Below are positions 35,141-44,329 of a stretch of DNA of 64,000 bases, piece by piece. Position 1 is the stretch's first letter. Each line of letters opens with the position of its first letter. The notes under the pieces are model-generated. The model was not told the DNA's origin, did no database searches, and saw nothing but the letters and a program-made list of their open reading frames with translations. The DNA comes from a virus, in the IMG/VR virus record IMGVR_UViG_3300001041_000020, positions 7,709-71,708 of that record, one strand, 5' to 3'. A program made the position numbers and the translations under genes.

Positions 35141-35873
35141 GAATGGCATGGCGTATTTGGTCAACGTCAAAGATGATGAACAAGCCCTTGACGGAAGATA
35201 TAATACGCTTTTATGCGTTAGAGATGCTTTCGAAAGACTCGCCACTTATGAGGAAACAGGATTAATCCCGAGCGAGATCGATGGGCTCAAAACGGCAAGC
35301 AAAGAAGCGGCCGAAATCCTTAGAGATATGGTTGACGTGGCAAACGCAACAGGGAGCGCTTATTTGTATCGGAGAGATACCGAAAATGTTTTGAGGATTA
35401 TTAAGGCGTTGAATGTTTATCCGGCACTACCAATTGCTATTCATACCGACTTGGTAATACCCAAAACAACCCCCGAAATGTGTTCGAACTGTATGCGAGA
35501 AGTTGAGATACCAGGAAATGAACCATCAAAATGTCCTGAGTGCGGAGATGATATTTTGCCATGTTCGACTTGTTATGACGAAATTGACGGCAACAAATCT
35601 TGCAATTGGGATAAAAGCACTTGGTGCTGGAGGTTCCCAAAAACAGTTTCCACAACTCCCAAGCGGTACGTTGATAATCGTGGTTGGATCTACTTCGTCC
35701 GTGCTGGGATAGGAGGAAATACGTTCAAGACGTTTTGCAAGAAGGATCCCCAGAAACCGGCTGGCATGGGAGAACACGGGTACCGAAGTACCCCATGGTG
35801 CGAAACGTTTGACCATGCGCAGAAGAACCTTGACATGATGGCCGCGGTTAACGGGTGGAAGGAGATTACTTAG
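35109..35873 (+). CDS. Multi-module phage hypothetical protein
   Basis: ERLT...RLATYEETG module plus Zn ribbon. Confidence 0.7.
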   Translation: MSERLTARSPRNGMAYLVNVKDDEQALDGRYNTLLCVRDAFERLATYEETGLIPSEIDGLKTASKEAAEILRDMVDVANATGSAYLYRRDTENVLRIIKALNVYPALPIAIHTDLVIPKTTPEMCSNCMREVEIPGNEPSKCPECGDDILPCSTCYDEIDGNKSCNWDKSTWCWRFPKTVSTTPKRYVDNRGWIYFVRAGIGGNTFKTFCKKDPQKPAGMGEHGYRSTPWCETFDHAQKNLDMMAAVNGWKEIT

Positions 35874-36003
35874 TAATGTGTGATGAAATCAAGCAGGAGA
35901 TCGGGAACTTTCTGTATGACATGTGCAATATGCCGGATGGCTCAACTTACTCAATTGCACTGGTGCGTGAAATGCTCGAAAGTCTGCTAGGGGAAGGAGA
36001 TCA

Positions 36004-36201
36004 ATGAGATATTTATTATGGCTCCTATTCTCCTCCAAGCGTAAACAATGCTGCGAATGTAAGAAGACATTCCATAATCCTTTTAAAGGAGTTGTGACGC
36101 ACACGATTATGCTTAGTGGTGGCAGTGAGAGGATTAAAGTTACTTGCAACGACGGGGTAGGCTGTCCGCACTGTTTCAATGGGATGTTTATCCGAGTATA
36201 A
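36004..36201 (+). CDS. Small Zn-ribbon protein
   Basis: CCEC...CPHC; RBS AAGGAG. Confidence 0.5.
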   Translation: MRYLLWLLFSSKRKQCCECKKTFHNPFKGVVTHTIMLSGGSERIKVTCNDGVGCPHCFNGMFIRV

Positions 36202-36214
36202 GGGAGGTGAAGAG

Positions 36215-36406
36215 ATGATGCTCCGTAAGATCCTCGAATCATTCGTCGGCCCATTATCAAACTCTGAATTCGCCGTAGTCTTAGACCTGGTTAGAACCGA
36301 TGTGAAGGTCAATCGCGTCGCCTTTAAGCGAAGGACAAGCACCAAGGAAGCGGTTGACATCGCGCTAGGTTGCTTCATGGCACTCCAGAGGGGTCAGGTA
36401 GCCTAA
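36215..36406 (+). CDS. Hypothetical protein
   Basis: RBS GGGAGG. Confidence 0.6.
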   Translation: MMLRKILESFVGPLSNSEFAVVLDLVRTDVKVNRVAFKRRTSTKEAVDIALGCFMALQRGQVA

Positions 36407-36429
36407 TGGATGAGGGAGGTAAAAACGAT

Positions 36430-37020
36430 TTGAGAAAAACCAAAGCGCAAAAGCAAACTGAAAACCCGAGAGTAATTCATGAATTCGAAGGTGGGCCCGT
36501 TGCTTTATTTTGGGAAAACCCTTCATGGTTTAGTCCTAGTTACAAAAGCGAAGACATGAAGCCTATCGTCCTTGAACTATGTAAATACCATCAGATTTTT
36601 GTTGATCATAAGATCACGCCAACCTTAGATGCCGTTGCGTGGGAGAAGATAGAATTGGTTGTCGCGTGTGAGGAATGCGAAGACTGTATGCCTAAAACAT
36701 GCCTGAAATCGGTTGAGGAAGTCGGAGAAAAGGGCTCGGGGATGAAGTTATCCGAGACTCTTGAAGGTTGGGTCATTGATCTTGCAAAATGTACGCCGTG
36801 GGATGATCCTGTTAAGCTCAAAGCCGAAAACACCAAACTAAAACTCCAACTTGAAAAGGTGCTGGAAGCGATTGGAGACGGAGTCCCATGTCCGAACGCT
36901 GTTGATTTGCCAAACCATGATAATTGCAGCAGCGAGGCGGACTGCAGAGAGTGCTGGCGGCAAGCATTAGAAAGCGTTGGGGAAAGCGAGGTGAGGGGAA
37001 GCGGATGCGAAGGTAATTGA
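36430..37020 (+). CDS. Hypothetical Cys-rich protein
   Basis: TTG after GGGAGG; CRECW. Confidence 0.55.
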   Translation: MRKTKAQKQTENPRVIHEFEGGPVALFWENPSWFSPSYKSEDMKPIVLELCKYHQIFVDHKITPTLDAVAWEKIELVVACEECEDCMPKTCLKSVEEVGEKGSGMKLSETLEGWVIDLAKCTPWDDPVKLKAENTKLKLQLEKVLEAIGDGVPCPNAVDLPNHDNCSSEADCRECWRQALESVGESEVRGSGCEGN

Positions 37021-37042
37021 CCTAGCCAAAGAAGGAACGCTC

Positions 37043-37249
37043 ATGCCGTGCGCTCCGGACGTTTGCCAAGAGTGCGCCACGAAGCACGATCCCGAAATGC
37101 CACACAACCAGCAGAGCCTTTACTATCAGTACAAGTTTTATCAGCTGCACGGTCGGCGGCCAACCTGGGAGGATTCGATGGCGCATTGTTCTCCGGAAAT
37201 GAAAAGCTGGTGGAAGAAGGAACTCAAAGAAAGAGGTATCGAGATTTAA
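37043..37249 (+). CDS. Small conserved phage protein
   Basis: CQECATKHDPEMPHNQQSLYYQY...PTWEDSMAHC. Confidence 0.65.
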   Translation: MPCAPDVCQECATKHDPEMPHNQQSLYYQYKFYQLHGRRPTWEDSMAHCSPEMKSWWKKELKERGIEI

Positions 37250-37269
37250 GTGCAAGGAGGGTGGGCCCT

Positions 37270-37536
37270 ATGCAAAAACAATCGCTAACCCCACGATGTC
37301 TATGTGGTCAAACCATAAAGTTCCCAAAACGCAAGAACATATCGCACTGCACGACCACGGGATGCGGTGTTCGCTGGGAGCGAGGCCCAGAAGGATATTG
37401 GGCAATCGGTCTCACAAGGATTATGTTTACCCCTTTTCTGGCAAAGGTTAAGGAACCCAAAGGCAAGCTTGATCATTATGGTCGGTACATGGAGTGGAGG
37501 GAGAAGAGTAAGAGAAAGGCGGGATCGAGATGCTGA
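37270..37536 (+). CDS. Zn-ribbon hypothetical protein
   Basis: RBS GGAGGG; CLCG...C..GCG. Confidence 0.55.
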   Translation: MQKQSLTPRCLCGQTIKFPKRKNISHCTTTGCGVRWERGPEGYWAIGLTRIMFTPFLAKVKEPKGKLDHYGRYMEWREKSKRKAGSRC

Positions 37537-37862
37537 AAGGTAAAAAGATAATCCTTTGCTTGCCGAAAAAGATCGGAGGACTTGTTCGTCGGCAGCTGCT
37601 TAAAATCGATTGGGTAAAACTTGAGGTGCAAGCTTATCAATTGGTGCAAAAGGAGAAGATCCGCCACGAGGATTGGGCGCAAACCATGCACAGCGGCCAG
37701 TCGATTCGGGATCACAAAACAGAGAAACCTAATACATATACCACGCTTGCGACTGTAACCGACGATGAATTGACCGTGGAATATATGGCGGGCAGGGCGG
37801 TTGGTCATGAGCATGTTGTTCCGGTGTTTATCGATTCTACCGCATGGGGAGGCATGAAGTGA
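37530..37862 (+). CDS. Hypothetical protein
   Basis: Translationally coupled in operon. Confidence 0.5.
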   Translation: MLKGKKIILCLPKKIGGLVRRQLLKIDWVKLEVQAYQLVQKEKIRHEDWAQTMHSGQSIRDHKTEKPNTYTTLATVTDDELTVEYMAGRAVGHEHVVPVFIDSTAWGGMK

Positions 37863-38059
37863 GACGAGGCAAAAGCCCAACTAGGGCGCAGAAGCTCAGG
37901 CTTAAATCCTTGAGACTCGATCCCAGGAACTGGCTGATCGTTAGAGATTGCCCTACATGTTTCCAGATAATTCATCGGGTGTCGAAAAAGGTTCGAACAC
38001 TTGACTTGAAGCCAAGGAAGGAGAATCCAATTGGATCAACTAGAACTCGAAGTAATTAA
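37859..38059 (+). CDS. DUF6906-like small phage protein
   Basis: GKSPTRAQK...LDPRNWLIVR. Confidence 0.65.
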   Translation: MRRGKSPTRAQKLRLKSLRLDPRNWLIVRDCPTCFQIIHRVSKKVRTLDLKPRKENPIGSTRTRSN

Positions 38060-38387
38060 CATCCTAAGGGAACTTAAGATTCCGGCACACCTAAAAGGCT
38101 ATCAGTACATCATAACGGCAATTAAATATCTGATAGAAAATCCAAGCGCCATTCACCGCATGATGAAGGAGCTTTATCCGGAAGTCGGAAAAGCGCACGG
38201 TGAGGATAAAGTTGGTCGCGTAGAGAGGGCAATTCGCACGGCTCTGTTAGGCGGAAGTGTTAATGAAGCGACATGGCTCAGAGTGCTTGGCAGGACTGGT
38301 CCCATGCCCAATGGCGAGTTTCTGGCGTCTTTGCTTGAGACGGTAAAGATTAAATTTAGGCTATCAGAAGCTGCGAGAAAGGAGTAG
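38031..38387 (+). CDS. Spo0A C-terminal (DNA-binding) domain protein
   Basis: ELKIPAHLKGYQYI, KELYPEV, RVERAIRTA, PNGEFLA; no receiver domain. Confidence 0.88.
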   Translation: MDQLELEVINILRELKIPAHLKGYQYIITAIKYLIENPSAIHRMMKELYPEVGKAHGEDKVGRVERAIRTALLGGSVNEATWLRVLGRTGPMPNGEFLASLLETVKIKFRLSEAARKE

Positions 38388-38389
38388 TC

Positions 38390-39064
38390 GTGGAAGAGTA
38401 CACTTTTAAAAAGTCAACCTGCGAGCGTTACGACTTACGTTGGAAACACAACGGATGGGCAACTTTTACGATTGATGAAAATGGCGGGATATTTAGTGTT
38501 CAATCTGATTTCGGTAATTACAACTATGCATGGCCTAAAAACGGAAGGGAATCATTTAAACATTTTCTTATCGAAATTACTCGGAGTCCTGATTATGTTC
38601 TTGGAAAGATTTCCAAAGAAGATTATTTTGATCCCGATAAAGCGGAGAAAAAATGGAAAGCAAAGATAATTGAACTTCGGAAAGATAGAGAATGCACAAA
38701 GGAACAGGCCAGGGATGCTTGGGAGTTCCTTGTTAACGATTTGAATGTTGATGGTTCTGTGGATTATCTTCAATCTGAGATTTACGGAAATAGCGCAATA
38801 GCTGCCTTATCGGAGGAGCCGTGGTATGAATTCGAGATCGATTTAGATTATCCGCGCATGGCAGTCAGGTTTGTTAATGAAGTCATGCCGATGTTCGCCG
38901 ACATACTCCGGAAGGAAATTGAGGATGCGGACGCGAAAAAGCCCTCCGCGCCAACGGAGAGCCCCAAGGAAATATCTCAAGTTAATTGTACCATAGATTC
39001 ATCCAAGATTGCACCATTGGTGGACAAGGTGTGGGCGGAAGAAGTTTTAAGGAAAGAGGGATAA
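38390..39064 (+). CDS. Hypothetical phage protein
   Basis: SDFGNYNYAW motif. Confidence 0.7.
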   Translation: MEEYTFKKSTCERYDLRWKHNGWATFTIDENGGIFSVQSDFGNYNYAWPKNGRESFKHFLIEITRSPDYVLGKISKEDYFDPDKAEKKWKAKIIELRKDRECTKEQARDAWEFLVNDLNVDGSVDYLQSEIYGNSAIAALSEEPWYEFEIDLDYPRMAVRFVNEVMPMFADILRKEIEDADAKKPSAPTESPKEISQVNCTIDSSKIAPLVDKVWAEEVLRKEG

Positions 39065-39067
39065 GTA

Positions 39068-39244
39068 TTGAAACCAAAGTCTAGCAAGCAAGATAGTCGA
39101 GGCATGTGGTTCATTGACTGCGCTGAATGTACTCAAGGTGGCAAGGGCGACAAGTCTTGTTCTTCTGGTCATAACGTTAAGCAAATTCGGAAGGGCGGAT
39201 GTTTTTCCGGCCAATTGTTAGCGAAATTTAAGGAGGAAAAGTAA
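39068..39244 (+). CDS. 58-aa Cys-rich protein (not in ORF track)
   Basis: TTG start; WFIDCAEC...CSSG...GCFSG. Confidence 0.5.
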   Translation: MKPKSSKQDSRGMWFIDCAECTQGGKGDKSCSSGHNVKQIRKGGCFSGQLLAKFKEEK

Positions 39245-39946
39245 TTGAAAATTTCAAATCAACATCTCCACGAAGTATGCAAGATTGGTCAAGGTAATGA
39301 TTGCTGCAGATATATCATGGTCGGAGGATTAGAGGGCGTTGAGTGTGTTAAGCATTCTGACCTGAAGAAAATCATGGATGCCAGGGTGGCAAACAAGGAA
39401 ATGACTGCTCAAGGCGACAATTGCGACGGGATTTCAGCCCCGTCTAATGAATCGGAAACAAAGAGTGAAGTTAAGATGAGGATTGTTGACAGAGTATCCC
39501 AGGATACAGGTATAACTCCTGAGGCCCTAACGAAATACCATTGCGTCAGTGCGCATCTTGAACCTGAACATTTTCAACCACTTTGTGATGGTCCTTGCGA
39601 GGCTTGCTGGAATCAAGAGGATGCCCAAGGGGAAGCGGTGGATCCCAACGTATTGGCAACGGTGACGGTTGAGGAAGCGGAGCAATATCAAAAGGCTAAG
39701 GATAAACTTGAAAAAGCTCAAGAACTCTCTAAGCAAGCCATAGAAATGGCGATGAGCGCCAAAGAAGAAAACGGATCGTGGTTTGACAAGATGAGGAACA
39801 AGTACGGAATTACTGGTGGTGGAATTCGATTTGATGCCGAAACAAAGACGATACGGAAGGTTGAAGCGTTCGACAGGGATGCCACTGTCTTAAAGATGTT
39901 TAAGATGTTATTTGAGAGAAAAACTGCTTTTAGGATTGAGAGGTAA
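39245..39946 (+). CDS. Hypothetical protein
   Basis: CKIGQGNDCCRY; CEACW; coiled coil. Confidence 0.65.
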   Translation: MKISNQHLHEVCKIGQGNDCCRYIMVGGLEGVECVKHSDLKKIMDARVANKEMTAQGDNCDGISAPSNESETKSEVKMRIVDRVSQDTGITPEALTKYHCVSAHLEPEHFQPLCDGPCEACWNQEDAQGEAVDPNVLATVTVEEAEQYQKAKDKLEKAQELSKQAIEMAMSAKEENGSWFDKMRNKYGITGGGIRFDAETKTIRKVEAFDRDATVLKMFKMLFERKTAFRIER

Positions 39947-39951
39947 GCACC

Positions 39952-40218
39952 ATGTTTGTTTTCGTAGGCGATTTGTGCCAAATGGCGGATCAGGAGCGCG
40001 AACTAAGGAGACAAGGTTTTGCGGTGGGGAATAGTGATGTTTACCCGACCGTTGATTCAGAGGATGAATATATTGAGGCTTTACGATTTATCTGGAATCG
40101 AAAGATTAACGGATGGTGGAACTACAAGGATGACTATGTTAAGTATGGCATTTGTAACGCGGCAGAGTATATTGCCGCACTTAAGCGGTCGGTTGAATCC
40201 AAAAAGTCCAGTGTTTAG
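39952..40218 (+). CDS. Hypothetical protein
   Basis: RBS GAGG; operon context. Confidence 0.55.
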   Translation: MFVFVGDLCQMADQERELRRQGFAVGNSDVYPTVDSEDEYIEALRFIWNRKINGWWNYKDDYVKYGICNAAEYIAALKRSVESKKSSV

Positions 40219-40248
40219 ATTTAAACAAAAGAGAGCGAGGAAATGTAA

Positions 40249-41169
40249 ATGTCAGTAAAAGAAACTAAGACCCAAGAACAGACTCAGGAAATTGCGGTAT
40301 TGGGTGATGGAGCCGTATTTGTTAAACGAACCGAGTCCGGACTGGTTAAAGCCGTCAAGGCACAGGTCAGACTTGATGAGAGAAAAGGCCATCTTGTCGA
40401 AATTCAGGGAAAAGTCATGATCACAGGAGCCGGTTACAACGAATTAAACAAAGTTGCCGGAGTGTCTGTTGTTACTCCTGAAAAAATAACTCTGCCAGAT
40501 GGATCAATGGTTGTTAATCCTTACCCGATTATTGACCTAATTTCAGGATCTATTTCAAAGGTCTGGGTTAAGAAGATGGCGATTGGATTGAGCCCCATTG
40601 GTAATTTGGTTATCACCACTTCCACGTTACTCTACGATATCCAAATGTATTTTATCCAGGATCTTGTGAAGAAGATCAAATTTAATGCTGCAGCCGGACG
40701 CTTATGCATGGAATCTATGTTAACAGATCAAGACAAGCAAAAGGGCATTTTTTACCGAATCGAAGGAGACCTGGGAGTTTGGGCAGATTTCAGTCATAAA
40801 GAGATTTTGACCTGTATTGAAACATTTGTTCAAAACAAACTCTTCGCAGAGCGAAAAGCCCAAACCATTGCCGAACGCAACGCGATGAAAAAGCATCCTG
40901 CTCTTGCAACGACCTTAGTTGTTCCGACCGGGCCAGAGAAGGCCCGCACTGCCGTTGTTAACGTGGTTGGATTCTCCCATGATTTCTCCCAACAGGAGCT
41001 ATTAGATATAGCACAAAAAGCATCAGACGGTGAACCGATCACCGTGAATAACAAAAAGGTTGAGGTTGTTGATATCTCATCCAGTGAACTTACTGAAGAA
41101 GATTTGGCAGCCAGTACTGACGAGGAAGAAAATCCGGAAGGCTCTTCCAACGGGGGTGACCTTCTTTGA
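40249..41169 (+). CDS. Putative single-strand annealing/recombination protein
   Basis: ITGAGYNELNKVAGV, AERKAQTIAERNA, acidic tail; precedes SMC-like ATPase. Confidence 0.45.
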   Translation: MSVKETKTQEQTQEIAVLGDGAVFVKRTESGLVKAVKAQVRLDERKGHLVEIQGKVMITGAGYNELNKVAGVSVVTPEKITLPDGSMVVNPYPIIDLISGSISKVWVKKMAIGLSPIGNLVITTSTLLYDIQMYFIQDLVKKIKFNAAAGRLCMESMLTDQDKQKGIFYRIEGDLGVWADFSHKEILTCIETFVQNKLFAERKAQTIAERNAMKKHPALATTLVVPTGPEKARTAVVNVVGFSHDFSQQELLDIAQKASDGEPITVNNKKVEVVDISSSELTEEDLAASTDEEENPEGSSNGGDLL

Positions 41170-43373
41170 TTAAAGAGATAACCATGCGCAACTTCAAGGG
41201 TCAAATGGAGTCGCAAAAGCTAACAGGTAAAGACATTTTCGTCGGCCCCAATGGCAAAGGAAAGACAACCCGGTTACAGGCCGTCGGCATTTCTCTTCTT
41301 GGCTATGTGCCGGGTAGAGGCAAGCTACCCGCAGAGACGTTTAAATTAGCTAGTGCGGACAATATGTCAATTGGGTTAGTTACGGACAATTTAACCTTTT
41401 CTCGCACTTTTACCAAGTCAGAAAAAGGTGGCAAGGATGGATCCAATAACGTTACGGTTTCCCAGGGGATTGATTTATCTCCTAGTCGGGGCGAAAAGAA
41501 AGCGGCGGATAAAGAGGCAAGGATCGCCTTCGAGGTCGGAAACTTCCCGGTAATGTTGGACTTTAACGAGTTTCTTTCATTGTCAGATGCAAAAAGAAGG
41601 GATTTTATTTATGGATTATCGTCCATCAAAACAGATTTATGGGATCGCACCAAAGTCGAGAGCCATATAAGGACGAAACTCCTTACCATGGATCTTGAAG
41701 TAAATAATCCCGATCAATACCAAATTATGAGCGGACTAATAGCTGACGCTATGAAAGAGTATCCCGAAAGTGATGATATTCAGGACGGATTGCAATCAAT
41801 GATCGAATGGGCCAAAGCCAAGCAGACCCATTGGAACGAGGAAAAGAAGAATTCACAGGGAGCGGTTAAGAAGCTGGCTGACATGAAAAACCAGCTGGCA
41901 GAGACCGGCCGAAATATCGTGCAACACAAAGCCGAATTAGAACAGCTGCAGCAGCAATTTACTCAAAGTGAAAGCCAACTAGCTAGGGACAGAGAACGAA
42001 AACGCGCGATCGATCAGCGCATTGCTAGGATTAGTGAGCTTGGCACGATTATCGAAAACATATTCACCAGTGCGTCGACAAAAGAATTTGTTCCATACGA
42101 TCCCATGATTGCCGTTCTCCAAGGGAAGATCAAGCAACATGATTTTAAGACGGAATTTGACAAACTAGATCAAGAATTACAATCCACAAATAACCAATTG
42201 AAAGAAGCGAGAGAACAAGAGCGAGCGGCTTACATTACTTTAGCTCAAATTCAGGCAGAAAAAACAGTTCTTGATTCAACCTTAAAGCAGATTGATGAGC
42301 AGTCTCAGAAAAACAGTGCCGCTAGAGTCTGCGTTATTCATCCTAAGATTGGGTGCGACAAGGATTTTAGTAAGGCGGCGACGGTCTTTAGTCAGCAGTT
42401 AGTCGTATTAGGGCAAAAGGAAGCTAGTCAACATGACGTGTTGAAGGAAATAAGAAAGCGGATCGAAGACCTTGAAGCGAGCAAGGCTAATATTGACTCG
42501 CAGCGCACAGAGGCGCACAAAAAACAAACTGCGCTTAATCAGTCGAATGAGGAAATTAGAAAATCGATAGCTGACATCGAAAAGAAAAAAGCAGATGAAA
42601 TTAATGCTGTAGCCAGAATCGATGATCAACTGAAGATGTATCGAGAGGAATTGACCAGACTTAAAAATCAACCAGCTGAGCCTATTGCGCCCCTTGATAT
42701 TTTGGAGAAGCAAAGTGAAGGTCTGAAGGTGCAGATTGATGAGCTCAAGGTCAAGCTCGAGGGGCAAGAAAAGGCTAAGATCACATTGAGCAGCCTGAAG
42801 TCCACGATGATTGATTCTAAGACAGCGACTTATAATGCACAGTGCATAAAGGACTTGGCTGAGTCTCTTGGTGCAAAAGGTCTGCAGGGCGAGCTGGTGA
42901 AGGGGATCCTTGAACCGATCAGATCAGACATACAGGCGAATCTCCAACTCATGGGCATCGATAGTGAATTCTATTTCTCTACCGAATCAGATACCGGCAA
43001 GGAAGTGTTCCAATTCGGTTGGAGGAATAACCACGGGGATGAACGTAACTTTGATGCCCTCAGCACCGGGCAACAGCTGCTATTACTTATCGCGATGCTG
43101 GTCACCTTCTTAGAGCGATCAAATCCACCACTGAAGGTGCTGGCCATCGACAATATAGAGAATCTTGACCGGGTTAATTTCCGTAAGGCTTTGTCCGGCA
43201 TGGACAAGTTGTCTGCCAAAATTGATAACATCATACTCTCCGGGGTTGTCGATTTGTACGAAGCGAAGTGGATTGATGGCGAGGAAGTTAGGACATTGCT
43301 TCCGGAGCTCAATGGCTGGGGAGTAACAGATTTAGGAGAGATTGCAGTCGAGGGGGTGAAGCAAAGTGCCTAA
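41166..43373 (+). CDS. SbcC/Rad50-like SMC ATPase
   Basis: GPNGKGKT, long coiled coil with central Cys pair, LSTGQQ, LAIDNIE. Confidence 0.88.
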   Translation: MIKEITMRNFKGQMESQKLTGKDIFVGPNGKGKTTRLQAVGISLLGYVPGRGKLPAETFKLASADNMSIGLVTDNLTFSRTFTKSEKGGKDGSNNVTVSQGIDLSPSRGEKKAADKEARIAFEVGNFPVMLDFNEFLSLSDAKRRDFIYGLSSIKTDLWDRTKVESHIRTKLLTMDLEVNNPDQYQIMSGLIADAMKEYPESDDIQDGLQSMIEWAKAKQTHWNEEKKNSQGAVKKLADMKNQLAETGRNIVQHKAELEQLQQQFTQSESQLARDRERKRAIDQRIARISELGTIIENIFTSASTKEFVPYDPMIAVLQGKIKQHDFKTEFDKLDQELQSTNNQLKEAREQERAAYITLAQIQAEKTVLDSTLKQIDEQSQKNSAARVCVIHPKIGCDKDFSKAATVFSQQLVVLGQKEASQHDVLKEIRKRIEDLEASKANIDSQRTEAHKKQTALNQSNEEIRKSIADIEKKKADEINAVARIDDQLKMYREELTRLKNQPAEPIAPLDILEKQSEGLKVQIDELKVKLEGQEKAKITLSSLKSTMIDSKTATYNAQCIKDLAESLGAKGLQGELVKGILEPIRSDIQANLQLMGIDSEFYFSTESDTGKEVFQFGWRNNHGDERNFDALSTGQQLLLLIAMLVTFLERSNPPLKVLAIDNIENLDRVNFRKALSGMDKLSAKIDNIILSGVVDLYEAKWIDGEEVRTLLPELNGWGVTDLGEIAVEGVKQSA

Positions 43374-43995
43374 GTTATTGGAATCAACTGTCTATGAAAA
43401 GTTAAAGAAAGCGGTTGAAAAGGATTGCATAAGGGGTAACGGATGCTTTAATCCTAACGGATGCGATAAGCAGTTCACTATAATGGTTCCATCTGAAGGA
43501 GCAATGAAAAAATATAGCGACACTTCTTGTAGGTTAAATACAAAATGTTCTCACCAATATTGCGACAAATTTAAGTGGATCATTGACAGAGCGAAGCACT
43601 ATGGAGAAAAACTCAATCTTAATTGGGAAGAGGTTCTTAATTCTTGGGAAGCTTCAAGAAGCTATTGGTACATGAATTATTACCAAGAATGTAACCAACC
43701 AGAAATTAAAGGCGATAAGATTAGGGTCTTTGAAACGGTTGCGGAAATGCTTGAATCTATTGGCAAAAAGGAATTCCGCTGTCCTTCTTGCAGCGGAATA
43801 TCTATGAGTCCATATAAGTGCGACACCGGTCTCGAGATGAGCAAAGGAAAGGTTTGTGACTGGAATGTTGGGGGTTTGTTTGGCGATTTGGGAAGAGGCA
43901 CATTCGTTTATTGTAAAGACAAGTTGAGCGGACAAACGATTTTTATGCCAATATCCTGGGAGCATGTTTCGGATGGGGTTGATCAAAGTGTCTGA
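43366..43995 (+). CDS. Cys-rich phage hypothetical protein
   Basis: WEASRSYWYMNYYQECNQP, FRCPSC, CDW..GGLF. Confidence 0.7.
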   Translation: MPKLLESTVYEKLKKAVEKDCIRGNGCFNPNGCDKQFTIMVPSEGAMKKYSDTSCRLNTKCSHQYCDKFKWIIDRAKHYGEKLNLNWEEVLNSWEASRSYWYMNYYQECNQPEIKGDKIRVFETVAEMLESIGKKEFRCPSCSGISMSPYKCDTGLEMSKGKVCDWNVGGLFGDLGRGTFVYCKDKLSGQTIFMPISWEHVSDGVDQSV

Positions 43996-44200
43996 GCTGT
44001 TATTTGAGGGTTGTACAGCTTTATTGCGTCGACCGGGCTCAAGTTTGGAGGACGCTATTACTGTAGGTAGTTTTAGGCTTGTAAAGATTCTTGAGGTCAT
44101 TGGAACGACAATAACTTCATCGCCACCAGGCTCCTCCGTATCCATATTGGTTCAAGTAACCCCGCCAGAGGAGGTGAAGACAGATGCCAGGATGTTATAA
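43964..44200 (+). CDS. Hypothetical protein
   Basis: Operon context only. Confidence 0.4.
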   Translation: MFRMGLIKVSELLFEGCTALLRRPGSSLEDAITVGSFRLVKILEVIGTTITSSPPGSSVSILVQVTPPEEVKTDARML

Positions 44201-44329
44201 ATGCGGAACCCAACAAAAGATTTTAACAAGCCTTACGACCACTCTTCCTGATACTAAAGGAAAACCTCAAATTGGTTCTTACGCTCTTTGTGATAAATGC
44301 GCCGAAGAGCATAAGGAGGATGCAAAGAA

